Positions 40,206 through 50,987 are shown, counted from the stretch's first letter. The stretch is DNA of 64,000 nucleotides from a virus (IMGVR_UViG_3300042566_002057:32001-96000); one strand, 5' to 3'. The notes: a model not told the origin generated them from the letters alone. Made by a program: numbers and translations.

Positions 40206-41198
40206 TTACAGACCGAATCTTGATTTAGTTAAATTCCAAATAGATTCAATTTCTGAGTTACCTAAAGCTTTGTCATAGATATCAACTGTGGCTAATCTGC
40301 CACCCCAATAATCAGATAAATCCCATCTTTCCATTAATCGTATACCAGCACCTGATGATGTTGGTGTTCCTGTATAATTAGTACTATCAACTAATGTATT
40401 ATTAACGTATAATTTAATAGTTGAACCATCATAAGTTCCAACAATATAATACCAATTATTTGGAGTTAATGAATAACCATCAGTAATTCTCCAACTACCA
40501 TTAAAGAATCCCACACTAAATGGTGCAAGATTTTTACCAAGTGAATAATTTATACCTCCACCAATAAAGGTTTCAGTTACGATACAAGGAGCAGCACCTG
40601 TCTCTGTTCCTGTATAATAATGCCAAACAGCAACTGACCAAGTACCTAAGCTTGGTAAACTTGTTGAACATCTTACAGATTGTGATAACGAGGTATTAAA
40701 GTTAAAATAACCTCCATTACTTGCAGACCAAGTGGGTGAGTTGTATAATACAAATGATTTTGATCCAATAGAATCTATCCAATCACCACTTGTATAATCA
40801 GCAGCATCTAAAGATAAGACAGGTATTGCAATATCACTATAACTTGTCCAGTATCCATTACTTTCTAACCAAGTTTTTGCGTCTATAGCAGAGGTTGCTT
40901 GGTAACCTGATACAACTTTTACTAAATCAATAAACTCATTATCATCAAAATTATCCGTTCTAAAAAAACCAACACTACCTGTATTACCATCATTTGGTGT
41001 TGGTTGGTCTTCTGTTGCAACTGTTGTTGCAATAATATATCCTAAATCCTCATCAGCTCCACTCCACCATTTAACTCCAGAGTAATTTGAATTGTAAGGA
41101 TTAGACGCATCAACTCCAACTAAAAGATCGCCATATCTTTCAGTTCCGCTAGGTGTTCCACCACCTGTATATCTAGCAAAAAGTCTTGTTGTAGCCAT
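40206..41198 (-). CDS. LamG/concanavalin-like domain virion protein
   Basis: LSLDAADY, NNWYYIVGTYDG..IKLYVN and IYDKAL...EI. Confidence 0.8.
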   Translation of the reverse strand: MATTRLFARYTGGGTPSGTERYGDLLVGVDASNPYNSNYSGVKWWSGADEDLGYIIATTVATEDQPTPNDGNTGSVGFFRTDNFDDNEFIDLVKVVSGYQATSAIDAKTWLESNGYWTSYSDIAIPVLSLDAADYTSGDWIDSIGSKSFVLYNSPTWSASNGGYFNFNTSLSQSVRCSTSLPSLGTWSVAVWHYYTGTETGAAPCIVTETFIGGGINYSLGKNLAPFSVGFFNGSWRITDGYSLTPNNWYYIVGTYDGSTIKLYVNNTLVDSTNYTGTPTSSGAGIRLMERWDLSDYWGGRLATVDIYDKALGNSEIESIWNLTKSRFGL

Positions 41199-41212
41199 AA
41201 ACTATATATTAA

Positions 41213-41944
41213 TTATAAAAAGTGATGCGTGATGACTTTACTTAGATCGGTTGAAACCATACTAGATTTAAGAACACTATATGATTCATCACTACATTTG
41301 ATAAACTCTACTTCACCTCTTGCCAAAGTAACTACATCACCGTTTTCCTCATCAACATAATCTTCTAACCAAAATCCTAAAAGTGGTCTAAACTCAGTTG
41401 CCTGATAAACTCGTTTTAGAACATCAACAATTTCTGGTAAATCTTTTTTATCAAAATCACCAATTGAAAACATCATTATTGGATAAGCTTTGATTTTACC
41501 ATTTTCAATATTTTCAATAAATAATTCATCTTTTGTTTTATTAGTTAATCCAGATTGTCTTATCTTAGATACTGAATTTTTAACATCATCTAAAAAGATA
41601 TATTCTTTTCTATTATCAAGTATTTTTTTGTTAAGAGGGGTATCTGGATTGCCAAATGTAAGTGATTCAGGATTTAAAAAAAGTTCTTCCCATGTTTGGC
41701 CAAGTAATTCATCTGGTTTTCTAAATTCCCAATTTTCTGGATAACTTGTCATATCATAATATAAGTCAGATTGAATTTGTCTAGTCCACATATAAGGAAA
41801 ATAAAGATATCCTGAGTCAATAAATTCACATTTAGAAATAATATTATCATCTAATAATTCAATTAAAATATCTTTTATATCTTCTGGATTAGCGAATATT
41901 TGGGTATTAGACTCAAATAATTTATATGACTTAAGAAATTTCAT
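41213..41944 (-). CDS. putative internal head protein (MKFLKSYKLFES)
   Basis: Shared N-terminal motif; acidic. Confidence 0.6.
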   Translation of the reverse strand: MKFLKSYKLFESNTQIFANPEDIKDILIELLDDNIISKCEFIDSGYLYFPYMWTRQIQSDLYYDMTSYPENWEFRKPDELLGQTWEELFLNPESLTFGNPDTPLNKKILDNRKEYIFLDDVKNSVSKIRQSGLTNKTKDELFIENIENGKIKAYPIMMFSIGDFDKKDLPEIVDVLKRVYQATEFRPLLGFWLEDYVDEENGDVVTLARGEVEFIKCSDESYSVLKSSMVSTDLSKVITHHFL

Positions 41945-42922
41945 TTATAAATTGAGTAATATTTTAACAGTGTAGTCATATACTTCATAGTTTTCAGTAT
42001 CAAATCCTCTATTACCTCTTGAAACATCAAATATTACTTCTTCATAATCTAAAGTTGGTAAAATTGTTGGAAGAACTTCATCTAAGTCAGACTCTAGTTT
42101 TAATAAATTCATTTTACCTGTTGTGTGTGAATCGTGATAACCACCTATATTTATAGTGACACACGGTTTATACATTTCTAAAATTTTAGGTATAGAGTAT
42201 TCTTTTAATTCTTTAATATCTCTTTCTGTGATAGTTACACTACGTTTCTCATCACCCTTAAAAGTAGCACCAGCATAAATACCCATTTCTTTGTAATCAT
42301 CTATATTAAAGTTTTGACACTGCCATTTCTTATCAGTAACATAATAACTTTCATCACTTTGTCTTAAAAAGTAGGATGGATAAGAACCAATATTAAGTGT
42401 TGGAAAAACTATATCTTTTATGATACTTATAATAATTCTCATTTTAGTTTTATCATCTGTTTCTTTTACAGAAAGTAAACCGTTATATTTATATTGAGAT
42501 GATTTTTCATAATTCTCTACATCACCATAAGCTATACAACACATTGTATACTTTTGTTTTTCTGAAGGTAGTAAATCATAAACATCATACATTCTATCAT
42601 TAATATATTCAACATCGACTTTATCAATCGAATCAAACATTTTATCAACTAATGTCTCAATCTTATCATACCAACCTTCTCCGATAAAATGGTCAGACCA
42701 TTTTTTTACAGACTGAAAAGTAACTGGTTGTGAACCACCTCTACTCCATTCCCAAGACTTAAGATCTTCGATCCAATCGTGAATTCCATATGAGTTATTT
42801 GACTCAAATATTTGATATTTTTTTAAGTATCTCATTCTATCTCTAATTAGTATCTGGATAACTTCTTCTTTAGTTAAAGTTTTAGAATTCAAACTTTCAT
42901 TTATTCTCTTTAGGTATTTCAT
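41945..42922 (-). CDS. putative internal head protein with two N-terminal motifs
   Basis: MKYLKRINES, then MRYLKKYQIFES at residue 30. Confidence 0.6.
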   Translation of the reverse strand: MKYLKRINESLNSKTLTKEEVIQILIRDRMRYLKKYQIFESNNSYGIHDWIEDLKSWEWSRGGSQPVTFQSVKKWSDHFIGEGWYDKIETLVDKMFDSIDKVDVEYINDRMYDVYDLLPSEKQKYTMCCIAYGDVENYEKSSQYKYNGLLSVKETDDKTKMRIIISIIKDIVFPTLNIGSYPSYFLRQSDESYYVTDKKWQCQNFNIDDYKEMGIYAGATFKGDEKRSVTITERDIKELKEYSIPKILEMYKPCVTINIGGYHDSHTTGKMNLLKLESDLDEVLPTILPTLDYEEVIFDVSRGNRGFDTENYEVYDYTVKILLNL

Positions 42923-43461
42923 CAGATACTAAATTTAGTTTTTGTACCATCTGGTTTAGAATAAACTATATTAGTCACATTTTTTACTTGATATTTATAA
43001 TCTGATTTAACATATTTTTTACCTGTTCCTTTATTAACATAAGCAATCGTGATGTGTGGCTTATAATCAGGAAACTCATTTGAGTTAGGAAACTCAGATA
43101 ATTTATTGTGTAACTCTAAAAGAGTACCATCTGGTCTTACATTGAATTTAACAACATCATACTTTTCATTCTCAAAGATATCAATACCATCAACTTCAAT
43201 ATTAATATCACTATTGAAATTATCGAATACTGATTTTACCATTTCATCTGTTACTTCTTCATGTAGACCGTAAAGTATAGTAACATGTGGATTTTTTTGT
43301 ATACTGTGAGTAGAGTCACCTTCTTCTTGATAAACATCTTCAGTATCAATTGATGATGTTATTTCATCCCAATTGCTTATTGGAATTTCAACCATTACAC
43401 AACCATACTTATAGCCGTTTATTGATTCATTGATAAACTGTATGTAACTTTTAATTTTCAT
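42922..43461 (-). CDS. 2H phosphoesterase, T4 gp57B/Acb1-like
   Basis: Two HxT motifs, PHVTILYG and PHITIAY. Confidence 0.8.
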   Translation of the reverse strand: MKIKSYIQFINESINGYKYGCVMVEIPISNWDEITSSIDTEDVYQEEGDSTHSIQKNPHVTILYGLHEEVTDEMVKSVFDNFNSDINIEVDGIDIFENEKYDVVKFNVRPDGTLLELHNKLSEFPNSNEFPDYKPHITIAYVNKGTGKKYVKSDYKYQVKNVTNIVYSKPDGTKTKFSI

Positions 43462-43832
43462 TAGAATGGATAATCTTCTTTTTTCTCTTCAGTTGCAAAT
43501 ATTTGTATATTAATAGAAGAAACAAATATTTCTGTTGATAATTTATATTCTGGGTACCTTTCAGACAGTCTATTTAAAGCAACTTCTACTTCTTGTAGTA
43601 AATTACTATTATACTTTGTGTAATTTATAAAGTTAAGTAACTCAGAATTTTTAATCTTAGTGGTTCTTCTTAGAACTCTATCATCAGGTTTTGATTTAAC
43701 TTTTACATTTATAGTAACGTATGTTTGATAGTCACTTATTTCAACTACACCGTTATCTATAAGTTCAGCAAAACAATCGTAAATAAAATCATAGTCTGTT
43801 TTACTTTCATTAATTCTTTTCAGATATTTCAT
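43461..43832 (-). CDS. putative internal head protein (MKYLKRINES)
   Basis: Shared N-terminal motif; AATATATA upstream. Confidence 0.6.
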   Translation of the reverse strand: MKYLKRINESKTDYDFIYDCFAELIDNGVVEISDYQTYVTINVKVKSKPDDRVLRRTTKIKNSELLNFINYTKYNSNLLQEVEVALNRLSERYPEYKLSTEIFVSSINIQIFATEEKKEDYPF

Positions 43833-43897
43833 AAAGGTATATATTAAACATTGTCAATTAAAAAAGAGTTTGTATCTTTGTAGAAATAAAAAAGAAT

Positions 43898-44089
43898 ATG
43901 GCATCAGAAAAAGAACTTATTAAATTAGAGAAAGAAATACGTAGCAAAATGATTCAGATTAAAAATGGTAAAATCACACCAGCTGAGTCTGGTATTGGTA
44001 AACTTATTAACCTAATGAAAAATTTTGATGAGCCTCTTTTTAGTAAACTAATAGCAGAATATAAAGAGATATTATCACAGTCTAAGTGA
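43898..44089 (+). CDS. small hypothetical protein
   Basis: 63 aa, after TATCTTTG (43873-43880). Confidence 0.6.
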   Translation: MASEKELIKLEKEIRSKMIQIKNGKITPAESGIGKLINLMKNFDEPLFSKLIAEYKEILSQSK

Positions 44090-44151
44090 TTAAACTTTTT
44101 TCTCAGTAAATGCTAAATAAAGTTTATTAGAAGTACCTACTGATTCTTGTC

Positions 44152-45408
44152 CTAAATATTTTCATTATATTGAATATTGAAGCCTAAAACATCATAAAAA
44201 TCAATAAAAATAGGAATTTCGATATCTGGTAGTGTATATAATGGTTGTGGATCATATATATTGTTTAACTCAACAACCACACTTCCATTTGATACGTAAG
44301 TAGATACTACACCTACTTCTACATCAGCTTGTACCTGTGCTTTTGTAAAATTATATCTAGCATCCGCATCATTGCTAAAATTGAATATTACTTTAGCATT
44401 TTCAGTATTACCTTGTTCTATTGTGTAATTAACAAATTCAGTTGCTTGAGGTAGAGCATCAGGTGTATAATCATTTCCATCAAAATCATGAATTACAATT
44501 GTACCATCACCTTGTACTGGTGAGTGATCTATATCATTTATAACTTTAACAAAATGTAATTTATCAAATCTATCATAAAGAAGTTGTATATTGTGATTAT
44601 CATAGAAAGGTATTTCTTTTGTTCTACTTGTTGGAATATGAGAAACATAAGAAATATCAGTTACAATACAATTAATATCAAAGTCTGTGCTTTCTTCAAG
44701 TAATTGTTGACCACTTATTCTGATTGGTTCGTCAATGTGATATCTAGTAGTTCCATCTTTTCTAAGAAATTCTTCAAACATGTCTATTCCCTTATCACCA
44801 TCAGCTAGTATAGTAAGTATAGAAGGTTCAACACTTTTAAGAGCGTATGATGTAAATGTAGTGACACCACCTATATTATTTACACTCTGTACCTTTATAA
44901 GAAATGTATTTGGATCTTCCGTATTTCCCTGACCAATATTAAAATCAATCAAATCATTTATGACATAACCACTACCAGAATTTATAACATTTGCAATATC
45001 AACCGCCAAACCTGAACGATTGAGTAATAATATAGCTTTGAATCCTATTCCTGACCCAGAAGTTGTTGTTGAATATGTAGTATCAAACTTATAACCTGCA
45101 CGACTAAACCTCTCTATACTCCAAGTAGTTACGGCACCTAAAGTTCCACCGCTTTGCTCAGTGTCAACCCCTACTAAATTCACATAAAATGTTGCATTAT
45201 CACCAGTTCCTTTTGATATACCTAGTACCTCGTGTCTTACTTCTGGTAATGTTGTATCAATTCCACCATTAACAATTTCTCTAAATAAAGTACCCTCTGG
45301 CACAGATGCTGTTAGTGCGGTAACCCAGCCACCATAAATATCACCCTCAAGTACTTGAGCAAATCTTGATGTTTCTTTAATATTTCTATAATCTTTTGCC
45401 ATATTCAA
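44152..45408 (-). CDS. putative virion/fibre protein, paralog of 45431-46897
   Basis: Gly/Thr beta-rich, NSGSGY motif, shared LYDRFD block. Confidence 0.55.
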   Translation of the reverse strand: MNMAKDYRNIKETSRFAQVLEGDIYGGWVTALTASVPEGTLFREIVNGGIDTTLPEVRHEVLGISKGTGDNATFYVNLVGVDTEQSGGTLGAVTTWSIERFSRAGYKFDTTYSTTTSGSGIGFKAILLLNRSGLAVDIANVINSGSGYVINDLIDFNIGQGNTEDPNTFLIKVQSVNNIGGVTTFTSYALKSVEPSILTILADGDKGIDMFEEFLRKDGTTRYHIDEPIRISGQQLLEESTDFDINCIVTDISYVSHIPTSRTKEIPFYDNHNIQLLYDRFDKLHFVKVINDIDHSPVQGDGTIVIHDFDGNDYTPDALPQATEFVNYTIEQGNTENAKVIFNFSNDADARYNFTKAQVQADVEVGVVSTYVSNGSVVVELNNIYDPQPLYTLPDIEIPIFIDFYDVLGFNIQYNENI

Positions 45409-45430
45409 ATAATTTTAAGTATTTTCTTTT

Positions 45431-46897
45431 CTAATTTGGTTCTCTTAATGTTGTAAATGCTATGGATGCTTTCTCACCGACTACACCTTCAGAACCCTGC
45501 CATTCAGTAGTAGCACTAAATCCTAAAACTTCTTCAGAACCATCCATTAATTTTGTTATATAACCACCGTTGTAACCTCCATTTGTTGCTCCATCACCAC
45601 TCATCCAATAAATTACGACTATATTGTCTTCTCCGGTCCATTGGTAATTCTCAATCTGAAAGAAAACATATCTCTCACCATTTACGATTTCAACAATACC
45701 AGATCTTCTTTGTGAATTAATATCAAGTATTGATGTATTGAATTGTTCATTTACAATTAAATTATTCTGAATCCAAGTATTTGATATAGTTTCGACATTT
45801 GATGTTATTATAGTGGCTGCTACAACAAAACCTCCATTAAGAACTTCTTGTGTAACATTACCAGCACCTCCTGATGTTAAGTGGAATGGTAGACCAATAC
45901 GAGATATAATCTTGCCTGGTGTAACTCCAAATGATTCGACTTCAGTTTTCTTATAAAGAGCAACATGATAAGATTCATTTAAGAAATAAGGTGAACCAGT
46001 CCATTCTATATAATTTGGATAAGACCAGTTATCACCTGTTCCTCCTGGATTTGGAATTGTTACTTCAACACTATCTTGTATTAAGACTCCGAGTATATCT
46101 GTAAACTCTAAGTTAAACGTATAAGTCACATCATACTCAATTTGGTCAAGTGTAATAACTCTAAGTGATGTTTGATATACTGAACTACTATCAATTCTTA
46201 ATGTAGAATTTTCTGAAAAAGTGGCACTCACAGAAACTATAACACCTGGTGCGTTGTTATAAGTAAATAATAATTCTGTTGAACTTACTCTTTCAAAGTC
46301 AATAAATTCAGTTGGTTCAGGTAATTCAGTTGGTATATAAGCAACTCCATTAAAGTCAACATTTTCTATTGTACCATCATCATTAATTATTCTAGTATAA
46401 ACTTTTCTATCAAATCTATCATATAAAATTTGATGATTGAATGATGAACCATAGTTTCTATCTGGATAAATTGAAGTAACTGTAGCTTGTATATCTTTAC
46501 CCGCATTTTCTTGACTAAATCCTGACATATCAATTATTAAATTCTCACCAATATTATAGTTGTAGTAATTAGTATAAATAAGTTGTGGATTAGATAATTG
46601 TAAATAAGGACTAGCTGATATAAATCTCCAATCTGTATAAAAAACCGAATCATTCACCACATACGAATCATCAGCATTAAACTCTAGGGTAAGAACAGCT
46701 CCTTCTCCATTACCATCACTACTTGAAGCCTGTACTTCTACATATGTAGGATTTTCAGAAATTGTTCCTAAATCATATACAATTTCTTTTGATGGTGCTG
46801 AAGCAGTAACTGTTAATATCTGTCCTCCGTAGGTATAAGCACTTTTAAGAAGTACTGTTCTACTACCTATATTTACTTCTTTGTAATTCTTTGGCAT
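45431..46897 (-). CDS. putative virion/fibre protein, paralog of 44152-45408
   Basis: Shared N-terminus and LYDRFD block; TATATA upstream. Confidence 0.55.
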   Translation of the reverse strand: MPKNYKEVNIGSRTVLLKSAYTYGGQILTVTASAPSKEIVYDLGTISENPTYVEVQASSSDGNGEGAVLTLEFNADDSYVVNDSVFYTDWRFISASPYLQLSNPQLIYTNYYNYNIGENLIIDMSGFSQENAGKDIQATVTSIYPDRNYGSSFNHQILYDRFDRKVYTRIINDDGTIENVDFNGVAYIPTELPEPTEFIDFERVSSTELLFTYNNAPGVIVSVSATFSENSTLRIDSSSVYQTSLRVITLDQIEYDVTYTFNLEFTDILGVLIQDSVEVTIPNPGGTGDNWSYPNYIEWTGSPYFLNESYHVALYKKTEVESFGVTPGKIISRIGLPFHLTSGGAGNVTQEVLNGGFVVAATIITSNVETISNTWIQNNLIVNEQFNTSILDINSQRRSGIVEIVNGERYVFFQIENYQWTGEDNIVVIYWMSGDGATNGGYNGGYITKLMDGSEEVLGFSATTEWQGSEGVVGEKASIAFTTLREPN

Positions 46898-46933
46898 ATT
46901 CTTATATTGTTTTTTAATTCTATAATCTATATA

Positions 46934-47419
46934 TTATTTTACTAATTCATATTTTTCTACTAACTCTGAGTGAATTAGCTGTGGAATCCTTTTCCACTCT
47001 TTGTACCAAATGTTACATACATAAACATCTTGTCCATTATCTTTAATTATTTCAACAACATCATACTCAGCTGATGGAAAAGGACCAATTGGTTTAGTAG
47101 TAACTTTACCAATTATTGGCATCTTAGTCACATCATCACCACTATAAGAGAGTGATTCAACATATTTAATATCAAAATTTTCATCTGAAATTTCTTCTTC
47201 ATCTTCAATATCAAAGTCAAACCCCATACTAACTAAAGAACTCATAGTTGCGTCAATCATATCTAATTTAGCACCTCTTTCTTTCATATAATTCTCAAAA
47301 AATTCAGGGGTTATTATTTGACCATCAGCTCTCATCCTTTTGAGTTGCGGTAATAAATCATTAGCAATGTCATCTGCCAAGTCAAAATAAGTTTCATTAA
47401 ATTTTCTTAAGTATTTCAT
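46934..47419 (-). CDS. putative internal head protein (MKYLRKFNE)
   Basis: Shared N-terminal motif. Confidence 0.6.
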   Translation of the reverse strand: MKYLRKFNETYFDLADDIANDLLPQLKRMRADGQIITPEFFENYMKERGAKLDMIDATMSSLVSMGFDFDIEDEEEISDENFDIKYVESLSYSGDDVTKMPIIGKVTTKPIGPFPSAEYDVVEIIKDNGQDVYVCNIWYKEWKRIPQLIHSELVEKYELVK

Positions 47420-47421
47420 AA

Positions 47422-47832
47422 TTATCTAAAAATTTTTGAATTAAATATCTTATCTGATAATAAATAATGAAAAGATTGACTTACTTCTTCTTTACTTAAA
47501 TCAGAATACTCTGTATCTAAAAGAGATTTAATCTTAACATAAAGACCAGATTGTCTATCATTAAGTTTATAACCATTTTCTAAATACTCTTCTTCTGATA
47601 TTATTTCTTCTATTATTTTTTCTAAGAAGTTATTAGGATCAGATATACGACCACTATCAATAACTTGTTGAAGTTCGTCAGATGTAAAGGTTAATTCATT
47701 ACATAAGTCACCTAATTCAGAAAGAATATCTTCATTAGAAAGTTTATCAAGATTGATAATTTTATCAGCCATTTTAATGAATTCTTCAATTCTATCAAAT
47801 GATGCTTCGTTAAATCGTTTTAAGTGTTTCAT
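47422..47832 (-). CDS. putative internal head protein (MKHLKRFNE)
   Basis: Shared N-terminal motif. Confidence 0.6.
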   Translation of the reverse strand: MKHLKRFNEASFDRIEEFIKMADKIINLDKLSNEDILSELGDLCNELTFTSDELQQVIDSGRISDPNNFLEKIIEEIISEEEYLENGYKLNDRQSGLYVKIKSLLDTEYSDLSKEEVSQSFHYLLSDKIFNSKIFR

Positions 47833-48125
47833 TTCTTTTTCTTTGATTTTTATTAAAGTTTTCTCAACATATTCAATATTAATGTATTATCATAAACATC
47901 AGTATCTTGAGAATCACCTCCTGACCACCAAGTTACATCACTTTTATAATCAGATACTTTGTTAATTGTCATAGTTCCATATTCATAAGGTACTTCAAAT
48001 CCAAATTCATCACCTTTAAATCCGTCAATCTCTTTAGAAAAATTACATAGGTCATCAAATGATAATTTTTCATCAACGGATTCGTTATATGTTTTTAAGT
48101 GTTTCATTTCTTTTTCTTTGATTTT
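47818..48125. repeat. exact 33-bp direct repeat
   Basis: TTTTAAGTGTTTCATTTCTTTTTCTTTGATTTT at 47818-47850 and 48093-48125. Confidence 0.9.
47853..48107 (-). CDS. putative internal head protein (MKHLKTYNES)
   Basis: Shared N-terminal motif; lies between the 33-bp repeats. Confidence 0.6.
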   Translation of the reverse strand: MKHLKTYNESVDEKLSFDDLCNFSKEIDGFKGDEFGFEVPYEYGTMTINKVSDYKSDVTWWSGGDSQDTDVYDNTLILNMLRKL

Positions 48126-48628
48126 CCTTCACCCGAAAATGGTGATAATAAATGTTTTAAGTTCCAACTGGGTATGAATTTTTTGTTGTGTTTCTCAAAG
48201 TCTTCATAAGACTCAATTCCGGTATCTACTGGATTCTGAATATATTGTATATTAGCACCTTGTTTATTCATATCAGAGACTCTATCACCAATATCAACTC
48301 CCTTTGTCATTTTTCTTAACTTATTCCACTGTTGAACAGTTCTTTCTCTTGGAAGTGATTCTTTTAATCCAACAACAACATTGATTGTTCCATCTGAATT
48401 GAATTTAGCAAAGTAAGTATCTTCTACAATTGGTAAAGTTTTATCAACAAGATCTTGGTTGATGTTATCTACTCCAAACTCTTTAACAGTTTTTACACCA
48501 TTATCATCAATAACAAAATGAAAATTGTCTTCTGGATTTTTATCTATAAGTGATTTAATTTTAGAAGCTACAGAAATAAACTCTGAACTTCCTCCATACG
48601 GCTTTAATCTTGCTCTTAAAATTTTCAT
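48104..48628 (-). CDS. hypothetical late protein
   Basis: 174 aa; TATATA upstream. Confidence 0.6.
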   Translation of the reverse strand: MKILRARLKPYGGSSEFISVASKIKSLIDKNPEDNFHFVIDDNGVKTVKEFGVDNINQDLVDKTLPIVEDTYFAKFNSDGTINVVVGLKESLPRERTVQQWNKLRKMTKGVDIGDRVSDMNKQGANIQYIQNPVDTGIESYEDFEKHNKKFIPSWNLKHLLSPFSGEGKSKKKK

Positions 48629-48678
48629 AAATTATATATAAAAAATAAAAAACCCACTTTAGTGTGGGTTCTTACTTT

Positions 48679-49209
48679 TTATACTTTTCTAAATGCTGCT
48701 AAGGTATTTTCTGAATCTTTAAAAGAGTTTTCATCCTTTATTAATTCTAATTCCGATAAGTTTAATATACTATGATATTTTGGTCTATTCCAAAAATCGT
48801 GTATCAGTAACACACCACCCTTTTTAAGTGAAGGTATTGATGCTATAGTGGACCTAACTCTGTCTCTACCATCAATAAGTACAATATCAAACTGTTCTTT
48901 ACTTAAATTACTAATATAATTAATATAATTATCAAATTGACCTGGTTTCGCCGGGTCAAATGGATGAGACTGTGGAAAACTTGGTTCAACAACATTTATT
49001 TTCCAATCACACTTAGAATAAATTTTCATCAGTGACGTTATCTTATCAGCCCACTCCTTATTATGTTCAAGCGTAACCAGTTTTTTAACTAATCTTGAAA
49101 AAAATAATGTGCTATTACCACCACCTATTTCTAACATTTCACAGTCTCTGTGTATATATGTAATGAGATCTGAAATCTCTTTAGAATTCATGTAAGGTAA
49201 TATCTTCAT
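48679..49209 (-). CDS. class I SAM-dependent methyltransferase
   Basis: LEIGGGNST, FDIVLIDGR and GGVLLIHD. Confidence 0.8.
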   Translation of the reverse strand: MKILPYMNSKEISDLITYIHRDCEMLEIGGGNSTLFFSRLVKKLVTLEHNKEWADKITSLMKIYSKCDWKINVVEPSFPQSHPFDPAKPGQFDNYINYISNLSKEQFDIVLIDGRDRVRSTIASIPSLKKGGVLLIHDFWNRPKYHSILNLSELELIKDENSFKDSENTLAAFRKV

Positions 49210-49219
49210 ATTTGATTAA

Positions 49220-50179
49220 TTAAAAATCATCATCTAAGTTGTCAAAGTCAATAGCTTTGTCAGATGCTTTTTGATATTCAGATACTCTTTTCTCGAAAAA
49301 GTTAGATTTATTTTGTAAAGAAATCATATCCATAAAGTCAAAAGGATTCTCAACATTATAAACTTTAGAACAACCTAACTCTACTAACCAATAATCAGCA
49401 ACGAATTCAATGTATTGTTGCATCAACTTAGCATTCATTCCAATTAAAGAAACTGGTAAAGACTCAGTTACAAATTCTTTCTCAATCTCAACAGCTTCAC
49501 AAATGATTTGTTGAATTCTTTCTGAACTTACTTTGTTTTGAATGTGTTTATTATGTAATAAACAAGCAAACATACAATGTAAACCTTCATCTCTTGAAAT
49601 CAACTCGTTAGAGAATGTTAATCCTGGCATCAATCCTCTTTTCTTTAACCAGAAAATAGAACAGAAAGATCCAGAGAAGAATATACCTTCAACAGCAGCA
49701 AAAGCAATTAATCTTTCAGCAAATGATTCAGAATCAATCCATTTAAGAGCCCATTCAGCTTTTTTCTTAACTGAAGGAACTGTTTCGATTGCATTGAATA
49801 AATGGTCTCTTTCTTTGGAATCTTTGATATAAGTATCAATTAATAAAGAGTAAGTTTCAGAGTGCACATTTTCCATTGCGATTTGGAAACCATAAAAACA
49901 TTTAGCTTCTGGATATTGAACTTCTTTAAGGAAGTTTTCGGCTAAGTTTTCATTTACGATACCATCAGATGCCGCAAAGAAAGCCAATACGTTTTTAACA
50001 TAATGTTTTTCATCTGCATTTAATTTTTCGTTCCAATCGGTTAAATCTTGTGCTAAATCAATCTCTTCTGCAGTCCAGAATGAGTGTTCAGCTGTTTTGT
50101 ACATTTCCCAAATATCATTGTATTTGAGTGGAAAAAGTACAAATCTGTTAGGATTTTCTGTTAATATATGTTCTGTCAT
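49220..50179 (-). CDS. nrdB: ribonucleotide reductase class Ia beta subunit
   Basis: [40 protein letters not shown] and [10 protein letters not shown]. Confidence 0.95.
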   Translation of the reverse strand: MTEHILTENPNRFVLFPLKYNDIWEMYKTAEHSFWTAEEIDLAQDLTDWNEKLNADEKHYVKNVLAFFAASDGIVNENLAENFLKEVQYPEAKCFYGFQIAMENVHSETYSLLIDTYIKDSKERDHLFNAIETVPSVKKKAEWALKWIDSESFAERLIAFAAVEGIFFSGSFCSIFWLKKRGLMPGLTFSNELISRDEGLHCMFACLLHNKHIQNKVSSERIQQIICEAVEIEKEFVTESLPVSLIGMNAKLMQQYIEFVADYWLVELGCSKVYNVENPFDFMDMISLQNKSNFFEKRVSEYQKASDKAIDFDNLDDDF

Positions 50180-50262
50180 TTTAGGTAAATATTTTGTTCT
50201 TTATATATCTTTTAATTCAAATTATGTTTTGTCCAAATCTAAAAAAGATGTAAATTTGTATT

Positions 50263-50649
50263 ATGAAGTTTTATTATAATAATGAAGGATTTTCATGTAA
50301 ATGGAAGAATCAAATAAAAGATGATACCTGGTGGAGTATGGAACCAGTCAAGTTGGTTTTAAGACTACCACTGTCTACATATAATAAAATACTTTCAGAT
50401 ATAAAATTAAGAAATGAAGAACTACTAGAATTTAAAATACACAAACAAAAAGATGAAGTGGTAAATTGGAATGTGTACTCTTCAGATGAATCTGAGTTGT
50501 GGGAATTTACTACATTAATAGATAGAATATCTTACACATCAAAATTTAATGATGGAACGGTTACGGCTCATTTTGACTTTATGGTGCAGAATCACAGTAT
50601 ATGTGATAAATCTGAATTAAGAGAATTACTTTTAAGTGAATTAGTATGA
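50263..50649 (+). CDS. hypothetical protein
   Basis: 128 aa; ends LRELLLSELV. Confidence 0.6.
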   Translation: MKFYYNNEGFSCKWKNQIKDDTWWSMEPVKLVLRLPLSTYNKILSDIKLRNEELLEFKIHKQKDEVVNWNVYSSDESELWEFTTLIDRISYTSKFNDGTVTAHFDFMVQNHSICDKSELRELLLSELV

Positions 50650-50987
50650 GTACATTTGGAAAAAAAGCTTTAATTTGGTGGGACTATCATAAACGTGATA
50701 GAGTTGACCAGATGCGTTTTAATTCCACACCTAAAGATTTACAATTAAAGATATTAGAGAAATGGTATCCAGTAGGTATGATGGTTGGTTTAGGTGATGG
50801 TAAATATCAATATGTGATTGTAGAATATGTAGAGCACTCAACTTACTGGAGTGTTAGAGTTATTTGGAGATTAGAGAATAGTCTAATGAATAATATGAAG
50901 TCAAATAGAAATCCACTTTCATTGTTTCCTTCACCTGATTGGGAAAAACAAATTAAACGTCAACATAAACTGGATAGAATTGTTTAA
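50646..50987 (+). CDS. hypothetical protein
   Basis: 113 aa; ends KRQHKLDRIV. Confidence 0.6.
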   Translation: MSTFGKKALIWWDYHKRDRVDQMRFNSTPKDLQLKILEKWYPVGMMVGLGDGKYQYVIVEYVEHSTYWSVRVIWRLENSLMNNMKSNRNPLSLFPSPDWEKQIKRQHKLDRIV

